From Spirochaetia bacterium (lineage in GTDB: Bacteria > Spirochaetota > Spirochaetia > SZUA-6 > Bin103), in NCBI GenBank assembly GCA_965203055.1, contig OZ241863.1:3712001-3776000 (forward strand): DNA of 64,000 nt. The letters run 5' to 3'. The notes beneath the pieces are model-generated. The model had not been told where the DNA came from, ran no database searches, and saw only the letters and a program-made list of their open reading frames with translations. The translations under genes were made by a program, and so were the position numbers. This document shows, one piece after another, positions 35,375 through 45,072 of the stretch. Position 1 is the first letter of the stretch; every line of letters begins with the position of its first letter.

Positions 35375-37105
35375 ATGCGGTCAACCATTCGTTTCGCGGG
35401 TCTCGCCGGCGCCGCCCGCGCGGCGCCGGGATTGGCGCGCGCGGCGCTGTTCGGCGTTGCGGCGCTGTTCGGCGCCGCGGCCTGCGCTTCCCTGGCGCGG
35501 GACCCGGCGCCCGGCGGCGGCGCCCCGGTAACGGTCGCCGCGTTCCCGCTGGCGGCCGGGCAGTGCGGCGGCGGCTTCGCCGCCCTGGACCTGCCGCACG
35601 AGATCGAGGTCGCCTCGCCGCGGGTGTTCAACTACGACTCGCTGGGCGCCGGACTGGCCGCCGGCGACCTGGACAACGACGGCGACGTCGATCTGGCGCT
35701 GGCCAACCTGGACGGCCCCACGGCGCTGTTGTGGAACGAGACCGCGCCCGGCGGAGCGCTGCGCTTTCGCCGCCGCGACCTGACCGACGCCGCCTCCAGC
35801 AAGCCCACCAGCGCCGTCCTGGCGGTCGACGCCAACGCCGACGGCTGGCTCGACCTGGCCCTCACCCACACCAGCCGGCCGCCCACCTTGTGGCGCAACG
35901 AGCCGCGCGCCGGCGGCGGCGGCCGCACCTTCGTGCGCGATCCCGACTTCGCGGCCGGCTACTTCGCCCACGTAATGGATTGGGCCGATCTGGACGCCGA
36001 CGGCGATCTGGACATCGTTACCGCCACCTACGACTACCTGCTGGCCAAGGAGTTCGGCGGCTTCATCCCCGGCGGAGGAGTGGCCTACTACGAGAACCGC
36101 GGCGCCGGCCTGCTGCCCGCGCTGCTCACCTCCGGCGCCGACGCGCTGGCCGTGCTGGTGACCGACCTGGACGGCGACGGCAGCCGGGAGATCATCATCG
36201 GCAACGACTACGCGCGGCCGGACTACGTCTTCACCCGCAGCGCCGCCGCTCCTCCGCCGGGCTGGGCCGAGATCACGCCGCTGGCCGCCACTCCCACCAA
36301 CACCATGAGCTACGCCGCCGGCGACGTCGACAACGACGGCCGCCCGGAATTGTTCGCCGCGGACATGAAGCCGTACCGGGACGACGCCGAGACCCGCGCG
36401 GCCTGGGGCGGCCTCGCCGGCGGGGCGCCGCCCGATGCGGTGCAGACCGACGCCAACGTGCTGCTGGCGGCGGGCGGCGACGGCAGCTACCGCGACCGCG
36501 CGCCGGAGGCGGGGGTGGATGCGACCGGCTGGAGCTGGTCGGCCAAGTTCGGCGACCTGGACCAGGACGGGAACCTGGACCTGTACGTCGTCAACGGGGT
36601 GATCACGGTCGAGGTGTTCGGCCACCTGCCGGGCGATGAGCTGGTGGAGGAGAACCAGGCCCTGCGCGGCGACGGCCGCGGCGGCTTCACTGCGGTACCG
36701 CAGTGGGGTCTGGGCAGCACCCGCAGCGGGCGCGGCATGAGCATGGCCGACCTGGACGGGGACGGCGACCTGGACATCGTGGTGAGCAACCTGCGCGCGC
36801 CGTCGCAAGTGTTCGAGAACCGGCTGTGCGGCGGGGGCGGCGGCCTGCTGGTCGACCTGCGCCAGCCCGGCACCCCCAACACCCACGCCGTCGGCGCGCG
36901 CGCCGTGCTGGTGACCGCGGCCGGGGTGCGGCAGAGCCGCGTGGTGCGCGCGCAGAGCGGCTATCTGTCGGGCGACCCCAGCCGCCTGCACTTCGCCGTT
37001 CCGGCCGGCGACGCCCCGGCCCGGCTGGAGATTACCTGGCCGGACGGCGCGCGCTCGGTGGTGAACGAGCCGGCCGCGGCGCGGCTGGAAGTGACCCGCC
37101 GGTGA
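35375..37105 (+). CDS. CRTAC1-family protein (FG-GAP/VCBS repeats + ASPIC/UnbV domain), probable lipoprotein
   Basis: Repeated D.D.DG..D motifs; C-terminal AVGARA..V..QSGYLS..LHF..LEITWPDG; AAC lipobox. Confidence 0.88.
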   Translation: MRSTIRFAGLAGAARAAPGLARAALFGVAALFGAAACASLARDPAPGGGAPVTVAAFPLAAGQCGGGFAALDLPHEIEVASPRVFNYDSLGAGLAAGDLDNDGDVDLALANLDGPTALLWNETAPGGALRFRRRDLTDAASSKPTSAVLAVDANADGWLDLALTHTSRPPTLWRNEPRAGGGGRTFVRDPDFAAGYFAHVMDWADLDADGDLDIVTATYDYLLAKEFGGFIPGGGVAYYENRGAGLLPALLTSGADALAVLVTDLDGDGSREIIIGNDYARPDYVFTRSAAAPPPGWAEITPLAATPTNTMSYAAGDVDNDGRPELFAADMKPYRDDAETRAAWGGLAGGAPPDAVQTDANVLLAAGGDGSYRDRAPEAGVDATGWSWSAKFGDLDQDGNLDLYVVNGVITVEVFGHLPGDELVEENQALRGDGRGGFTAVPQWGLGSTRSGRGMSMADLDGDGDLDIVVSNLRAPSQVFENRLCGGGGGLLVDLRQPGTPNTHAVGARAVLVTAAGVRQSRVVRAQSGYLSGDPSRLHFAVPAGDAPARLEITWPDGARSVVNEPAAARLEVTRR

Positions 37106-38787
37106 GCGCCGCCGCCCGCGCGGCAGCGCTGGGGCTGGCGCTGCTGCTGGCGGCCTGCGCCTCGCTCCCGCCCGGCGCGGACCTCACGGCCCCGCCGCCC
37201 TACACGGTCACTCCCCTCGCCGCGCCGGCGGCGTGCAGCGGCGGCTTTGCCGCCCGCGACCTCGACCACCGCATCCAATGGCTGGGCGGGCGCATCACCA
37301 ACTTCGATACCATCGGCTCCGGCCTCGCCGCCGGCGACCTGGACGACGACGGCGACCTCGATCTGGTGCTCGCCAACCTCGCCCGGCCCGGCACGGTGTA
37401 CTGGAACGACGGCGCGCTGCGCTTCCGCGCCGAGCCGCTGGCCACCGGCGCCGCGCGCGGCGTGAACGCCATCGACTTCGACGGCGACGGCTGGCTCGAC
37501 CTGGCCTTCACCCATCCCGCGGCGCCGCCCTCGCTGTGGCTCAACCAGGGCGCCGCGGCCGCCGCCGGCGCCGCGGCCCGCGACCGGTTCCAGCGCGTGG
37601 CGCGGCTGGGCGCCGGCTACGTAGCCAACGCCATGGGCTGGGCCGACCTGGACGGCGACGGCGACCTCGATCTGGTCACCGGCAGCTACAACAGCGAGCT
37701 GCCGGCGGTGAGCGCGGGCTTTGCCATCGGCGGCGGCGTGGCCTACTACGAGAACCGGGGAGAGCGCCTGGCCCTGACCGTGCTGGCGCCGACCGCCGAG
37801 GCGCTGGCGGTGCTGCTCACCGACCTGGACGGCGACGCGCTGCTCGACATCGTGGTAGGCAACGACTACGACCATCCTGACCAGGTCTTCCTGCGCGACC
37901 CCGCGGCCGAACACGGCTGGCGGGCGGCGCCGCTGTTCCGGGCCACCGCCACCAACACCATGAGCTACGACGCCGGCGACGTCGACAACGACGGCCGCCC
38001 GGAGCTGTTCGCGGCCGACATGAAGCCGTACCGGCGCGACCCGGCGGTGAGCTACGCCTGGGAACGCATCACCATCCTGCCGCCGCCGGACGACGTGCAG
38101 ACCAACGAGAACGTGCTGCTCATCCCCGGCGGCGCGGCCGGGGCCGCCGCCTACGACAACGACGCCCCCGCGCGCGGCGTGGACGCCACCGGCTGGACCT
38201 GGTCGGCCAAGTTCGGCGACCTCGACAGCGACGGGTTTCTCGACCTGTACGCGGTCAACGGGATGATCGACTCGCTGGTGTTCGGCCACCTGCCGGGCGA
38301 CGAGCTGGTGGAGGAGAACCAAGCCCTGCGCAACCGCGGCGACGGCACCTTCGAGCCGGCGCCGCAGTGGGGGCTGGGCAGCGAACGCAGCGGCCGCGGC
38401 ATGAGCATGGCCGACCTGGACGGCGACGGAGACCTGGACGTGGTGGTCAGCAACATGCGCCGGCCGTCGCAGGTATTCGAGAACCGTATCTGCGGCGGAT
38501 CCAACCTGCTGGTCGACCTGCGCCAGCCCGGCACCCGCAACACCCACGCCATCGGCGCGCAGGTGACGTTGACCGGCGAACACGGCGGCGCGCCGTTGCG
38601 CCTGCTGCGGGAAGTGCGCTCCCAGAGCGGTTACCTGTCCGGCGACCCCAGCCGCCTGCACTTCGGCATCCCGCGCGGCGCCGCCCTGCGCCGCCTGCAG
38701 ATCCGCTGGCCCGACGGCACCCTGTCCGCCATCCCGAACCCCGCCGCCGGCACCCTGATCAGCGTCACCTACCCCCCTGAACCGTAG
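37102..38787 (+). CDS. second CRTAC1-family protein, tandem paralogue, probable lipoprotein
   Basis: GTGA overlap; LAAC lipobox; same architecture with long near-identical DNA blocks. Confidence 0.88.
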   Translation: MSAAARAAALGLALLLAACASLPPGADLTAPPPYTVTPLAAPAACSGGFAARDLDHRIQWLGGRITNFDTIGSGLAAGDLDDDGDLDLVLANLARPGTVYWNDGALRFRAEPLATGAARGVNAIDFDGDGWLDLAFTHPAAPPSLWLNQGAAAAAGAAARDRFQRVARLGAGYVANAMGWADLDGDGDLDLVTGSYNSELPAVSAGFAIGGGVAYYENRGERLALTVLAPTAEALAVLLTDLDGDALLDIVVGNDYDHPDQVFLRDPAAEHGWRAAPLFRATATNTMSYDAGDVDNDGRPELFAADMKPYRRDPAVSYAWERITILPPPDDVQTNENVLLIPGGAAGAAAYDNDAPARGVDATGWTWSAKFGDLDSDGFLDLYAVNGMIDSLVFGHLPGDELVEENQALRNRGDGTFEPAPQWGLGSERSGRGMSMADLDGDGDLDVVVSNMRRPSQVFENRICGGSNLLVDLRQPGTRNTHAIGAQVTLTGEHGGAPLRLLREVRSQSGYLSGDPSRLHFGIPRGAALRRLQIRWPDGTLSAIPNPAAGTLISVTYPPEP

Positions 38788-38875
38788 CCGGCAAGCCCGC
38801 ACCGGCGGACACCCACACTCGCAGCGCACCGAGACCAGCTTGCGCCGCGGTCGCCGGTCCGGCATCGTAGTGCTC

Positions 38876-40189
38876 ATGGCACAGCCATTTGAGCCTCCGC
38901 GCGACATCTGGGAGGTCAACCGGACCATGCACGTCAATGAGCCGCTGGACGGCGACCGGGACCCGCGCTGGGTGGATACCGAACCGGCACGCGGTGAGTA
39001 CAGCCTGAATGAACTGTGTCGAACGCTGGGAGTGGACCGTTCCAGGCGGGAACTGACGGCGCCCGACGACGGCTACTACCTGTTCTGCGGCCATCGCGGC
39101 AGCGGCAAGAGCACCGAGCTGCGGCGCATTGCCCGTGAGCTCCACGACGAAACGCTCTACTACGTGGTGTTCGCCGACACCGCGCAAGAACTCGACGTCA
39201 ACAACCTGCGGTACCAGGACGTCCTGCTTCACCTTGCCGGCAAGCTCATGGCACGACTCGATCGCGATAGTGTTCCTGTTGAACAGGTATACCTGCGCAA
39301 GCTCCAGGACTGGTTTACGGAGCGCGTCGAAAGAACAGAACATACCAGAGCGTTCGCGCTGGATGCGAAGGCAGGCATCAGTGCCACGGTAGGACTCCCT
39401 TTTCTGGCCAAGGTATTCGCGCATATCAGCACTGCGTTCAAGACCAACACGACGTACAAGGCTGAACTGAGACGTACGCTGCGTAACAACTTCAGCGACT
39501 TCTCGGAGGGATTCAATCAAATCATCAGCGCCGCCGAAGCCAAAATCGGCCGCCGGATATTGTTCGTGATCGACGGCACCGATCGTCTCGGCGGCGATGA
39601 CGCGCAAGCGTTCTTCGTCGCGGACGTGCATCAACTGCAGCAGGTGCATGGCGTGTTCGTGTATTGCGCACCGGTCCACCTGGCTTACGAGGGCAATAAC
39701 ATCAGGCAGAACTTCAAAGAAATCTTCCGATTGCCGATGATCAAAGTTGCAAACGACGACGGATCTCGGCATGCTGAAGGGTATACGGCGATGCGGGAGA
39801 TGCTGCATCGGCGCGCGGCTCCCGAACTATTCGATAGCGGCGTCGCCGACCTTCTGATCGAGCATAGCGGAGGTCATCCGCGTGATCTGCTGCAACTCTT
39901 GCTGAAAGCTCACTCACACGCCGAGCACGACCGTTTCGATGATACCTCGGCTCGTCAAGCGGTGCGCAAGCTGGCGACTGAATACCGGCGCATCCTGACG
40001 GCGGACGACTATCAACTTCTGGCAAGGATCGACGCCACCCCTCAAACCCCGCCAAGCTCCGAGCGCGTTCGCGGGTTGCTCTACAACCTGGCACTGTTGG
40101 AGTACAACGACTTCTACTGGCGCAGCCATCCCGTCATCCGGACGCTGCCGGCATACGAGGCCGCGCGTAGAGCCGTCACCGATGAGTGA
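38876..40189 (+). CDS. STAND-like P-loop ATPase
   Basis: Walker A GHRGSGKS, Walker B ILFVIDGTD, helical GxP motif SGGHPR, C-terminal winged-helix-like LALLEY..HP. Confidence 0.8.
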   Translation: MAQPFEPPRDIWEVNRTMHVNEPLDGDRDPRWVDTEPARGEYSLNELCRTLGVDRSRRELTAPDDGYYLFCGHRGSGKSTELRRIARELHDETLYYVVFADTAQELDVNNLRYQDVLLHLAGKLMARLDRDSVPVEQVYLRKLQDWFTERVERTEHTRAFALDAKAGISATVGLPFLAKVFAHISTAFKTNTTYKAELRRTLRNNFSDFSEGFNQIISAAEAKIGRRILFVIDGTDRLGGDDAQAFFVADVHQLQQVHGVFVYCAPVHLAYEGNNIRQNFKEIFRLPMIKVANDDGSRHAEGYTAMREMLHRRAAPELFDSGVADLLIEHSGGHPRDLLQLLLKAHSHAEHDRFDDTSARQAVRKLATEYRRILTADDYQLLARIDATPQTPPSSERVRGLLYNLALLEYNDFYWRSHPVIRTLPAYEAARRAVTDE

Positions 40190-42236
40190 AGCCGGTACCG
40201 CATGGCCGCTCCGTTCGGAGCACTCCGGAACACTGCTGCAGCTGCGCCGGACGATAGCAAACAGGCGATCGTTTACCCTCTGCTTCCTGACCTATTCCGA
40301 CAGCACCTATCGCGACATCGTGGCTGCCTTTCTGGCCGACCTGCTGGGGGCGCGGCTGCGCGTGACCATAGATCGTGATATTCGGATCGGCACCGAAGAC
40401 CTGTTCGAACGCCTGAGCGACCCGGCGCACGACGGTCCGGTACAGGTCAGCGGCCTGGAACGGTGGCCGGAAGGTCTGAATAACCTGTTGCAGCGGTTGA
40501 ACTATCGCCGGGAAGCGTTGGCCGCGCGCTGCCGGCGTCCGTTGCTAGTGTGGATTCGGAACCGCGACGTGACCGCGGTAGCGACCGGCGCCGCAGATCT
40601 CTGGGCTTGGCGTTCCGGGGTGTTTGATTTCTTGCTGCCTGCGTCTGCCGATAGTGTCGATCCCCTGCCAACGAGGATGAATCTTCTTACGGCGAATGAA
40701 TCCAAACGCCGCGAACGTCTGGATGAATTGCAGCTATTTTTCGAGTCACGCTCGCCATTACGGCCAGTGGACGTCGACTTGCTGCTTGAGCTCGGCGACT
40801 TGCAGCGATCCATCGGCCAACCGGACGAGGCGGAGCGCTCCTACTCGCGTGCCCTTACGGAGCTGTCAAGCATGGACGACCGCCGGCGTCGGGCCACCGC
40901 TCGGGGGCGGATAGCCGACCTCCTGGAAACCCGAGGCGAATTGGACGAGGCACTGCGCATCCGCACCGACGAACAACTACCGGTCTACGAACGTCTGGGA
41001 GACGTACGGTCGCTAGCTATCACCAGGGGCAAGATCGCGGACATCCTGCAAACCCGCGGCGAACTGGGCGAGGCATTGCGCATACGTACCCAAGAGGAAC
41101 TCCCCGTTTACGAACGTCTGGGTGACACCCGATCGCTGGCTATCACCAAGGGTGAGATCGCCGACATCCTGCAAATGCGCGGCGAACTGGACGAGGCTCT
41201 CCGCATACGCACCGAGGAACAACTGCCGGCATTCAAACACCTGGGGGACGCACGCTCCGTAGCCATTACCAAGGGCCGGATCGCCGACATCCTGGAGCCA
41301 CGCGGCGATCTGGACGAGGCGCTGCGCATCTATACCGAAGAACAACTGCCGGTGTTCGAACGCCTAGGGGACGCGCGCTCCGTGGCCGTCATCAAGGGCC
41401 GGATCGCCAACATCCTCCAGGCGCGCGGCAATCTGGACGAGGCGCTCCGCATACGCACCGAGGAACAACTGCCCGTCTACGAACGTCTGGGAGACGTACG
41501 GTCGCTGGCTATCGCCAAGGGCAAGATCGCCGATATCCGGCAAACCCGCGGCGATCTCGACGAGGCGCTGCGCATCTATACCGAAGAACAACTGCCGGTG
41601 TTCGAACGCCTAGGGGACGCGCGCTCCGTGGCCATCACCAAGGGCCGGATCGCCAACATCCTCCAGGCGCGCGGCAATCTGGACGAGGCGCTCCGCATAC
41701 GCACCGAGGAACAACTGCCCGTCTACGAACGTCTGGGAGACGTACGATCGCTGGCTATCGCCAAGGGCAAGATCGCCGATATCCGACAAGCCCGCGGCGA
41801 TCTAGACGAGGCGTTGCGCATACGCACCGATGAAGAGATTCCTGTTTACGAACGTCTGGAAGATTTGCACTTGCTGGCCATTACCAAGGGCCAGATCGCC
41901 GACATCCTGCATATGCGTGGTAACCTGGGCGAAGCGCTACGCATACGCACCGATGAGGAGATCCCCGTCTACGAGCGGCTCGGTGACGCGCGATCGCTGG
42001 CCATCACCAAGGGTCAGATCGCTGACATCCTGCAGGCGCGCGGCGATCTGGATGAGGCGCTGCGCATACGCACCGATGAGGAGATCCCCGTCTATGAGCG
42101 CTTGGGTGACAAGCAATCGTTGGCCGCGGCCAAGGCGCAAGTCGCGCAACTCCGGCAGGCGCTCTCACGAACCCGCGAGACGCCGCCCCGGACGAGCAGG
42201 GCGGCAGCGGATACCCCTACCCCGGCGCGTGGATAG
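40182..42236 (+). CDS. TPR-repeat protein with a degenerate NTPase-like N-terminal domain
   Basis: Overlaps the ATPase stop; LNYRRE..PLLVW..ADLWAWRSGVFDF with no Walker A; ten 41-aa TPR-like repeats. Confidence 0.85.
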   Translation: MSEAGTAWPLRSEHSGTLLQLRRTIANRRSFTLCFLTYSDSTYRDIVAAFLADLLGARLRVTIDRDIRIGTEDLFERLSDPAHDGPVQVSGLERWPEGLNNLLQRLNYRREALAARCRRPLLVWIRNRDVTAVATGAADLWAWRSGVFDFLLPASADSVDPLPTRMNLLTANESKRRERLDELQLFFESRSPLRPVDVDLLLELGDLQRSIGQPDEAERSYSRALTELSSMDDRRRRATARGRIADLLETRGELDEALRIRTDEQLPVYERLGDVRSLAITRGKIADILQTRGELGEALRIRTQEELPVYERLGDTRSLAITKGEIADILQMRGELDEALRIRTEEQLPAFKHLGDARSVAITKGRIADILEPRGDLDEALRIYTEEQLPVFERLGDARSVAVIKGRIANILQARGNLDEALRIRTEEQLPVYERLGDVRSLAIAKGKIADIRQTRGDLDEALRIYTEEQLPVFERLGDARSVAITKGRIANILQARGNLDEALRIRTEEQLPVYERLGDVRSLAIAKGKIADIRQARGDLDEALRIRTDEEIPVYERLEDLHLLAITKGQIADILHMRGNLGEALRIRTDEEIPVYERLGDARSLAITKGQIADILQARGDLDEALRIRTDEEIPVYERLGDKQSLAAAKAQVAQLRQALSRTRETPPRTSRAAADTPTPARG
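40902..42131 (+). repeat. 10 x 123-nt intragenic tandem repeat
   Basis: Unit about KGxIADILQxRGxLDEALRIRTxExLPVYERLGDxRSLAIT; 41301-41546 is nearly identical to 41547-41792. Confidence 0.95.
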
Positions 42237-42240
42237 CTAG

Positions 42241-42936
42241 CTACCTGAGTTCGGCGGCGGTTTGGAGCTGGGCGGCCGGTTCCTGGCCGAGGCGGCCGCG
42301 CCAATGCCCGGCAAGTATTCGGTTGCGCGCCACGCACTGGTCCACGAGCCGCGGGGCCAACTCGCTGCTGAGCAGGCCGTACCAGTCGCCGGCCGGGTAG
42401 GCGATAAGGCATCCGGCGAAGCGGTGGCCGCCCACGTGGCTGGAGCGGCGCACGGTCACTTGGTGGAGGCCGCGTTCCGCGAGCTCCCGCTCGACCGCGG
42501 CGGCCAGCTCCGGCCCCTGGTCGCCGCAACGCTGGTCGCGCGCGGCATGCACGCATACGAACAGATGGTGGCCGGTGAGCGGCTCGCTGATGAGGCGAGT
42601 CGAAGTCCTGCCGCCCAGCAGATGGTCCTCCACCAGCGCGGCAAGGTCCGTCTCCGGGCGGTCGGCGCCCACGGCGCAATAGCGCACCATGTCGGGGAAC
42701 ACCAGCACGTCGTGGCCGCGCGCGGCCGTGTTGCCGGTAGCGGCGGTGACCTTGACGTCACCGAGGCGGTCAGCATGGTCCGCAACCGCGGCCAGCAACG
42801 CGCCGGGCAGGCCATCCGCCTGGTCGAGATGCGACGGCCAGTCGGCCTGGGCGGTGAGCACCACCACGTGGCGCCGGTACAGCTTGACGGTGCCGGCGAG
42901 CTGCTCCTCGCCGGCGCCGTTCTGCAGGTCACTCAT
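42241..42936 (-). CDS. sucrase/ferredoxin-like (Apd1/Aim32-type) [2Fe-2S] thioredoxin-like protein
   Basis: VCVHAARDQRCG (C-x8-C), SHVGGHRFAG, WYG, HWRGR. Confidence 0.85.
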   Translation of the reverse strand: MSDLQNGAGEEQLAGTVKLYRRHVVVLTAQADWPSHLDQADGLPGALLAAVADHADRLGDVKVTAATGNTAARGHDVLVFPDMVRYCAVGADRPETDLAALVEDHLLGGRTSTRLISEPLTGHHLFVCVHAARDQRCGDQGPELAAAVERELAERGLHQVTVRRSSHVGGHRFAGCLIAYPAGDWYGLLSSELAPRLVDQCVARNRILAGHWRGRLGQEPAAQLQTAAELR

Positions 42937-43047
42937 CGGCAACAAGTGAGCCGGCCGCGCCGCTTCCTGTCAATGGCGCGCAACGGCGGTATCCTGGGTC
43001 ACCAGTTGCCGCGCCACGTGCGCCGGCCGCGATGGAGGCGCCCGCCG

Positions 43048-43971
43048 ATGGCCGATCATCAGTTCGTTCCCACCACGTATCACACCACGCTCGGTCCGCA
43101 TGACCCGGTACTTACCATCGAATCGGGCGATCGAGTTGCCACCACCACCGTAGATGCCTACGGCTGCGACGCGGCGGGAGACGAGGTCACCCCCGCCGGC
43201 AATCCTCAGACCGGGCCGTTCCGGGTAGCCGGCGCCGCGCCGGGCGACACCCTGGCGGTCCACCTGGAGTCGATTCGCCCCAACCGCGCCCGCGGCTACA
43301 CCAAGAGCTGGGTAGCGCCCAACGTGCTCGATCCCGGCTCGCCCACCCTGCCCGCTGACCTGCCGGAGCGCATCGAGTGGGCCGTAGACGCCGGCGCCGG
43401 CTGCGCCGCTCCCTTGGAGGTGCCCGGCCTGGAACGCTGGCGGCTGCCGCTGGCGCCGATGATCGGCTGCTTCGGCGTGGCCCCGGAGCGTCAGCAGGCG
43501 ATCTCCGCCGCCACCTCCGACCGCCACGGCGGCAACATGGATTGGAACGGCTTCCGCGCCGGCGTCACCGCCCTGTTTCCGGTGTTCGAGCCCGGCGCCC
43601 TGTTCTCCCTCGGGGACGTGCATGCCGTCCAGGGCGACGGCGAAATCGTCGGCACCGGCATCGAGATCTCCGCCGACGTGGTGTTCCGCGTCGAGTTGCT
43701 CAAGGGCCGCGCCATCGGCTGGCCGAGGGCGCAGTCGCCGGCCTTCATCGCCGCCCTGGGCAACGCCCGTCCCCTCGACCAGTGCGTGCAGCACGCCACC
43801 ACCGAAATGCTGCGCTGGCTGGCGGAGGACTACGGCCTCGACCGCCACTTGGCCCACGTCGTCCTCGGCCAGGCCGCCGGCTACCAGCTCGGCAACATGT
43901 TCGACCCCGCCTACACCATGGTCTGCACCCTCGCCAAGCAGGTACTCAATGCCATCACCTCCGGCGCCTGA
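43048..43971 (+). CDS. acetamidase/formamidase family protein
   Basis: GGAGG + ATG at 43048; NPQTGP..V.GA.PGD.L, HGGNMD, GDVHA.QGDGE. Confidence 0.9.
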   Translation: MADHQFVPTTYHTTLGPHDPVLTIESGDRVATTTVDAYGCDAAGDEVTPAGNPQTGPFRVAGAAPGDTLAVHLESIRPNRARGYTKSWVAPNVLDPGSPTLPADLPERIEWAVDAGAGCAAPLEVPGLERWRLPLAPMIGCFGVAPERQQAISAATSDRHGGNMDWNGFRAGVTALFPVFEPGALFSLGDVHAVQGDGEIVGTGIEISADVVFRVELLKGRAIGWPRAQSPAFIAALGNARPLDQCVQHATTEMLRWLAEDYGLDRHLAHVVLGQAAGYQLGNMFDPAYTMVCTLAKQVLNAITSGA

Positions 43972-44063
43972 ACCCGCAGCGCGCACAGACTGCCGCTTGC
44001 AAACCGCCGTCCCTATGGTGTTATGCTGCAATCGATCCCAGATCGTTTCGAGGGACTAAGCAC

Positions 44064-45071
44064 ATGCCAAGCGAAAAAAGCCTGCACCTTCCGCAGCTAG
44101 CGATAAGTGGGTTCCGCGGTATCAACGAGCTCTTGATTCCACGGCTGGGCAGAGTGACGTTGCTTGCTGGAAAGAACAGCGTCGGAAAGACGACCGTGTT
44201 GGACGCCGTTCGCGTCTATGCATCTCGGGGCCGCTACTCCGTCCTGCGCGACCTCTTGCGGGACCGGCAAGAGCTCACCGAATCAACCGATCAAGACGGG
44301 GACATCTCAGTTGACCTCGACTGGATGTCTTTGTTCCATGGTCGGTATTCGAAGGTGCAAGGAGAAATCATCATCGGCCCTAACGACGCAGAATATCACC
44401 TCGAGATACACGCGGCCGACACATCTCTACATCACGCTGACCCTACAGTGACTATCAAGCCTATATTTCGGAATAAAGAAGATAAAATGCCACCATCAAT
44501 GACCTGTGAATATCTGGGACCGGGTAGGTTAAACGAGGGCCAAATGTCACATCTCTGGGACAGTGTCGCACTGACTGATGATGAGAACCGCGTACGGAAC
44601 GCTCTTGATTTGGTTATAGGAACAGATGTAGTAGGTGTCGCGATAGTAGGAGAATCGAGGTCTGTGAGAGGAGCCCGTCGCGCGATTGTCAGACTGAAGA
44701 GCCAAGATCATCCAGTCCCATTAAAGAGTCTGGGAGATGGTGCGGTACGGCTGTTTGGCGTTGCGTTGGCGTTGGCTAACAGCCGCGGAGGATTTCTGCT
44801 TATCGACGAGGCCGAGAATGGCATCCACCACACTGTTCAGCGAGCCCTCTGGACCATGATCCTTCGTGCGGCACACGAGAATGACGTACAAGTGCTGGCC
44901 ACGACACATAGTTGGGATTGTGTGAGAGGCTTTGCCCAAGCTGCTACGGACTTCGAACACGGCGAAGGTGTTCTGGTCCGTCTCGAACGAGACAACGGAG
45001 AACTGCGGGCTATCGAGTATTCAGAAGAAGACCTCAGGATTGCGGCAGAGCATGGCATCGAGGTGAGGTGA
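44064..45071 (+). CDS. ABC-type ATPase (AAA_15/AAA_21-like)
   Basis: GFRG, GKNSVGKTT, LGDG, LLIDEAENGIH, TTHS; lower GC; extended -10 TGtTATGCT at 44019-44027. Confidence 0.88.
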   Translation: MPSEKSLHLPQLAISGFRGINELLIPRLGRVTLLAGKNSVGKTTVLDAVRVYASRGRYSVLRDLLRDRQELTESTDQDGDISVDLDWMSLFHGRYSKVQGEIIIGPNDAEYHLEIHAADTSLHHADPTVTIKPIFRNKEDKMPPSMTCEYLGPGRLNEGQMSHLWDSVALTDDENRVRNALDLVIGTDVVGVAIVGESRSVRGARRAIVRLKSQDHPVPLKSLGDGAVRLFGVALALANSRGGFLLIDEAENGIHHTVQRALWTMILRAAHENDVQVLATTHSWDCVRGFAQAATDFEHGEGVLVRLERDNGELRAIEYSEEDLRIAAEHGIEVR

Positions 45072-45072
45072 G

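Noticed and set aside
35375..38787. Enediyne biosynthetic cluster suggested by UnbV-like domains
   Set aside because: No PKS, thioesterase or other cluster genes are nearby.
40902..42131. Possible CRISPR array or diversity-generating retroelement repeat
   Set aside because: The repeats are in-frame 123-nt coding units without unique spacers, and no cas or reverse transcriptase gene is in the window.
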